A model generated the notes under the pieces. It searched no databases. It was not told the DNA's origin and saw nothing but the letters and a program-made list of their open reading frames with translations. Below are positions 63,092 through 64,000 of a stretch of 64,000 bases of DNA, piece by piece (the stretch's first letter is position 1; every line of letters starts with the position of its first letter). Source of the stretch: Aplysia californica. Its lineage: Eukaryota. Location: positions 2,371,228-2,435,227 of the forward strand of contig NW_004797289.1 of NCBI RefSeq assembly GCF_000002075.1, read 5' to 3'. The position numbers were made by a program, and so were the translations under genes.

Positions 63092-63534
63092 CTGTAGGAA
63101 AATCCCGTTTGTTTACATAAGATACAGAAGTGATTGCTACTTCATAAGGACAAAAATGGCCATAGATCTATTATAAGCTAAGTGAACCCTACCACATTAG
63201 CCTGTAATATTTTTCTTTTTTGGGCACTGTTTGGGAGAAATGGTCCCGGCCTAACCCTATAGACATTTATACACAACATTGAAAACCGAAGTCGAGTAAA
63301 AGTACTGTTAAACTGAGTTGCCTGCCAAACCTATTTGAGACTAGATCTATTTTCGGCACTATTCTGAATTCTAATGTTTTTTTAGTGTGCTGAGAACAAT
63401 TTTGGAACTAAAAACTGCCACAAACTATTATTTTGTGAATTTAGCAGGGGGGCAGGGGGAGTCCCCCCATCACCCCCTTTTTTATAAAAGGCAACTTTCA
63501 GTTTTGTTTCCCATTGATCATTGTGTACATAATG

Positions 63535-63992
63535 GAGGCTATTCGGACTCAAATTCCAGTGCGCGTGCGCAATCACCGGTTGTACCGTAAGCGAGGTCTA
63601 TACTCGAGTCCGAATAGTCTCCCGATGCTATTCTGACTTTAAACTACTGGTAGGCTATTACACTGCGTTTCACGACTACAAAGGGATCAAAATATAAAAT
63701 TCATATATATAATCAGTCCTTATAAGACAGCCCCCCCCCCTCTCTCTCTTTCTCTCCCTCTCTCTATATTCCCTCCCATACCGTTGCCCACTGCCCGGCC
63801 CTACTATTATATTATCCTTTGTAAAGAAGACCACAGTTCGCACTGGGTCACCACGGTCGGTGTCCATTTGTTGTCAGTTCCTTGGCCAGATCGTACAAAC
63901 CGAGGAAGGCCAAGGTCGAATTGCGTGTCTGCTTCACATCCAGTACACCTAGTGATTGTGCATGCGCATTGGAGTTTGAGTCCGAATAGCTA
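63535..63992. mobile_element. MITE with ~50-bp TIRs
   Basis: GCTATTCGGACTCAAA.TCCA.TGCGC.TGC.CAATCAC inverted at both ends. Confidence 0.7.
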
Positions 63993-64000
63993 TGGCCATT

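Noticed and set aside
63676-63867. NOX first exon candidate (MDTDRG...)
   Set aside because: It lies inside a MITE, shows no NOX N-terminal similarity, and the best donor is in the wrong phase.

Overview
AT-rich, intron-rich animal (eukaryotic) genomic DNA. It is probably a mollusc or gastropod, but that is inferred only from repeat types. By hand I reconstructed three host genes. (1) A 14-exon FANCG-like gene on the minus strand (~7281-24628, ~781 aa), with several exon lengths and phases matching human FANCG. (2) LSM10 (U7 snRNP Sm-like protein) on the plus strand (CDS 30149-30595), head-to-head with FANCG. (3) A NOX2/CYBB-type NADPH oxidase on the minus strand (15 coding exons, 45470-63091; the first coding exon lies outside the window). 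The rest is mostly transposons: a decayed full-length piggyBac whose transposase carries a spliceosomal intron, several TTAA-flanked piggyBac MITEs, Tc1/pogo, hAT and Sola1-like MITEs, truncated RTE and L2 LINEs, tRNA-derived SINEs, a solo LTR, a truncated U2 snRNA copy and mini/microsatellites. The most unusual signals are: a decayed copy of the FANCG exon-12 3' end sitting flush against exon 13; roughly 10-fold excess of the palindromes TAGATCTA and TAGGCCTA; mirror-image MITEs in front of both divergent genes; an LSM10 lacking the Sm1 Asn and carrying an RG tail; a minisatellite grown from a splice donor; and a 116-bp spacerless palindrome. I found no clear multi-gene novel system. All comparisons with human proteins and exon sizes are from memory, not from a search.
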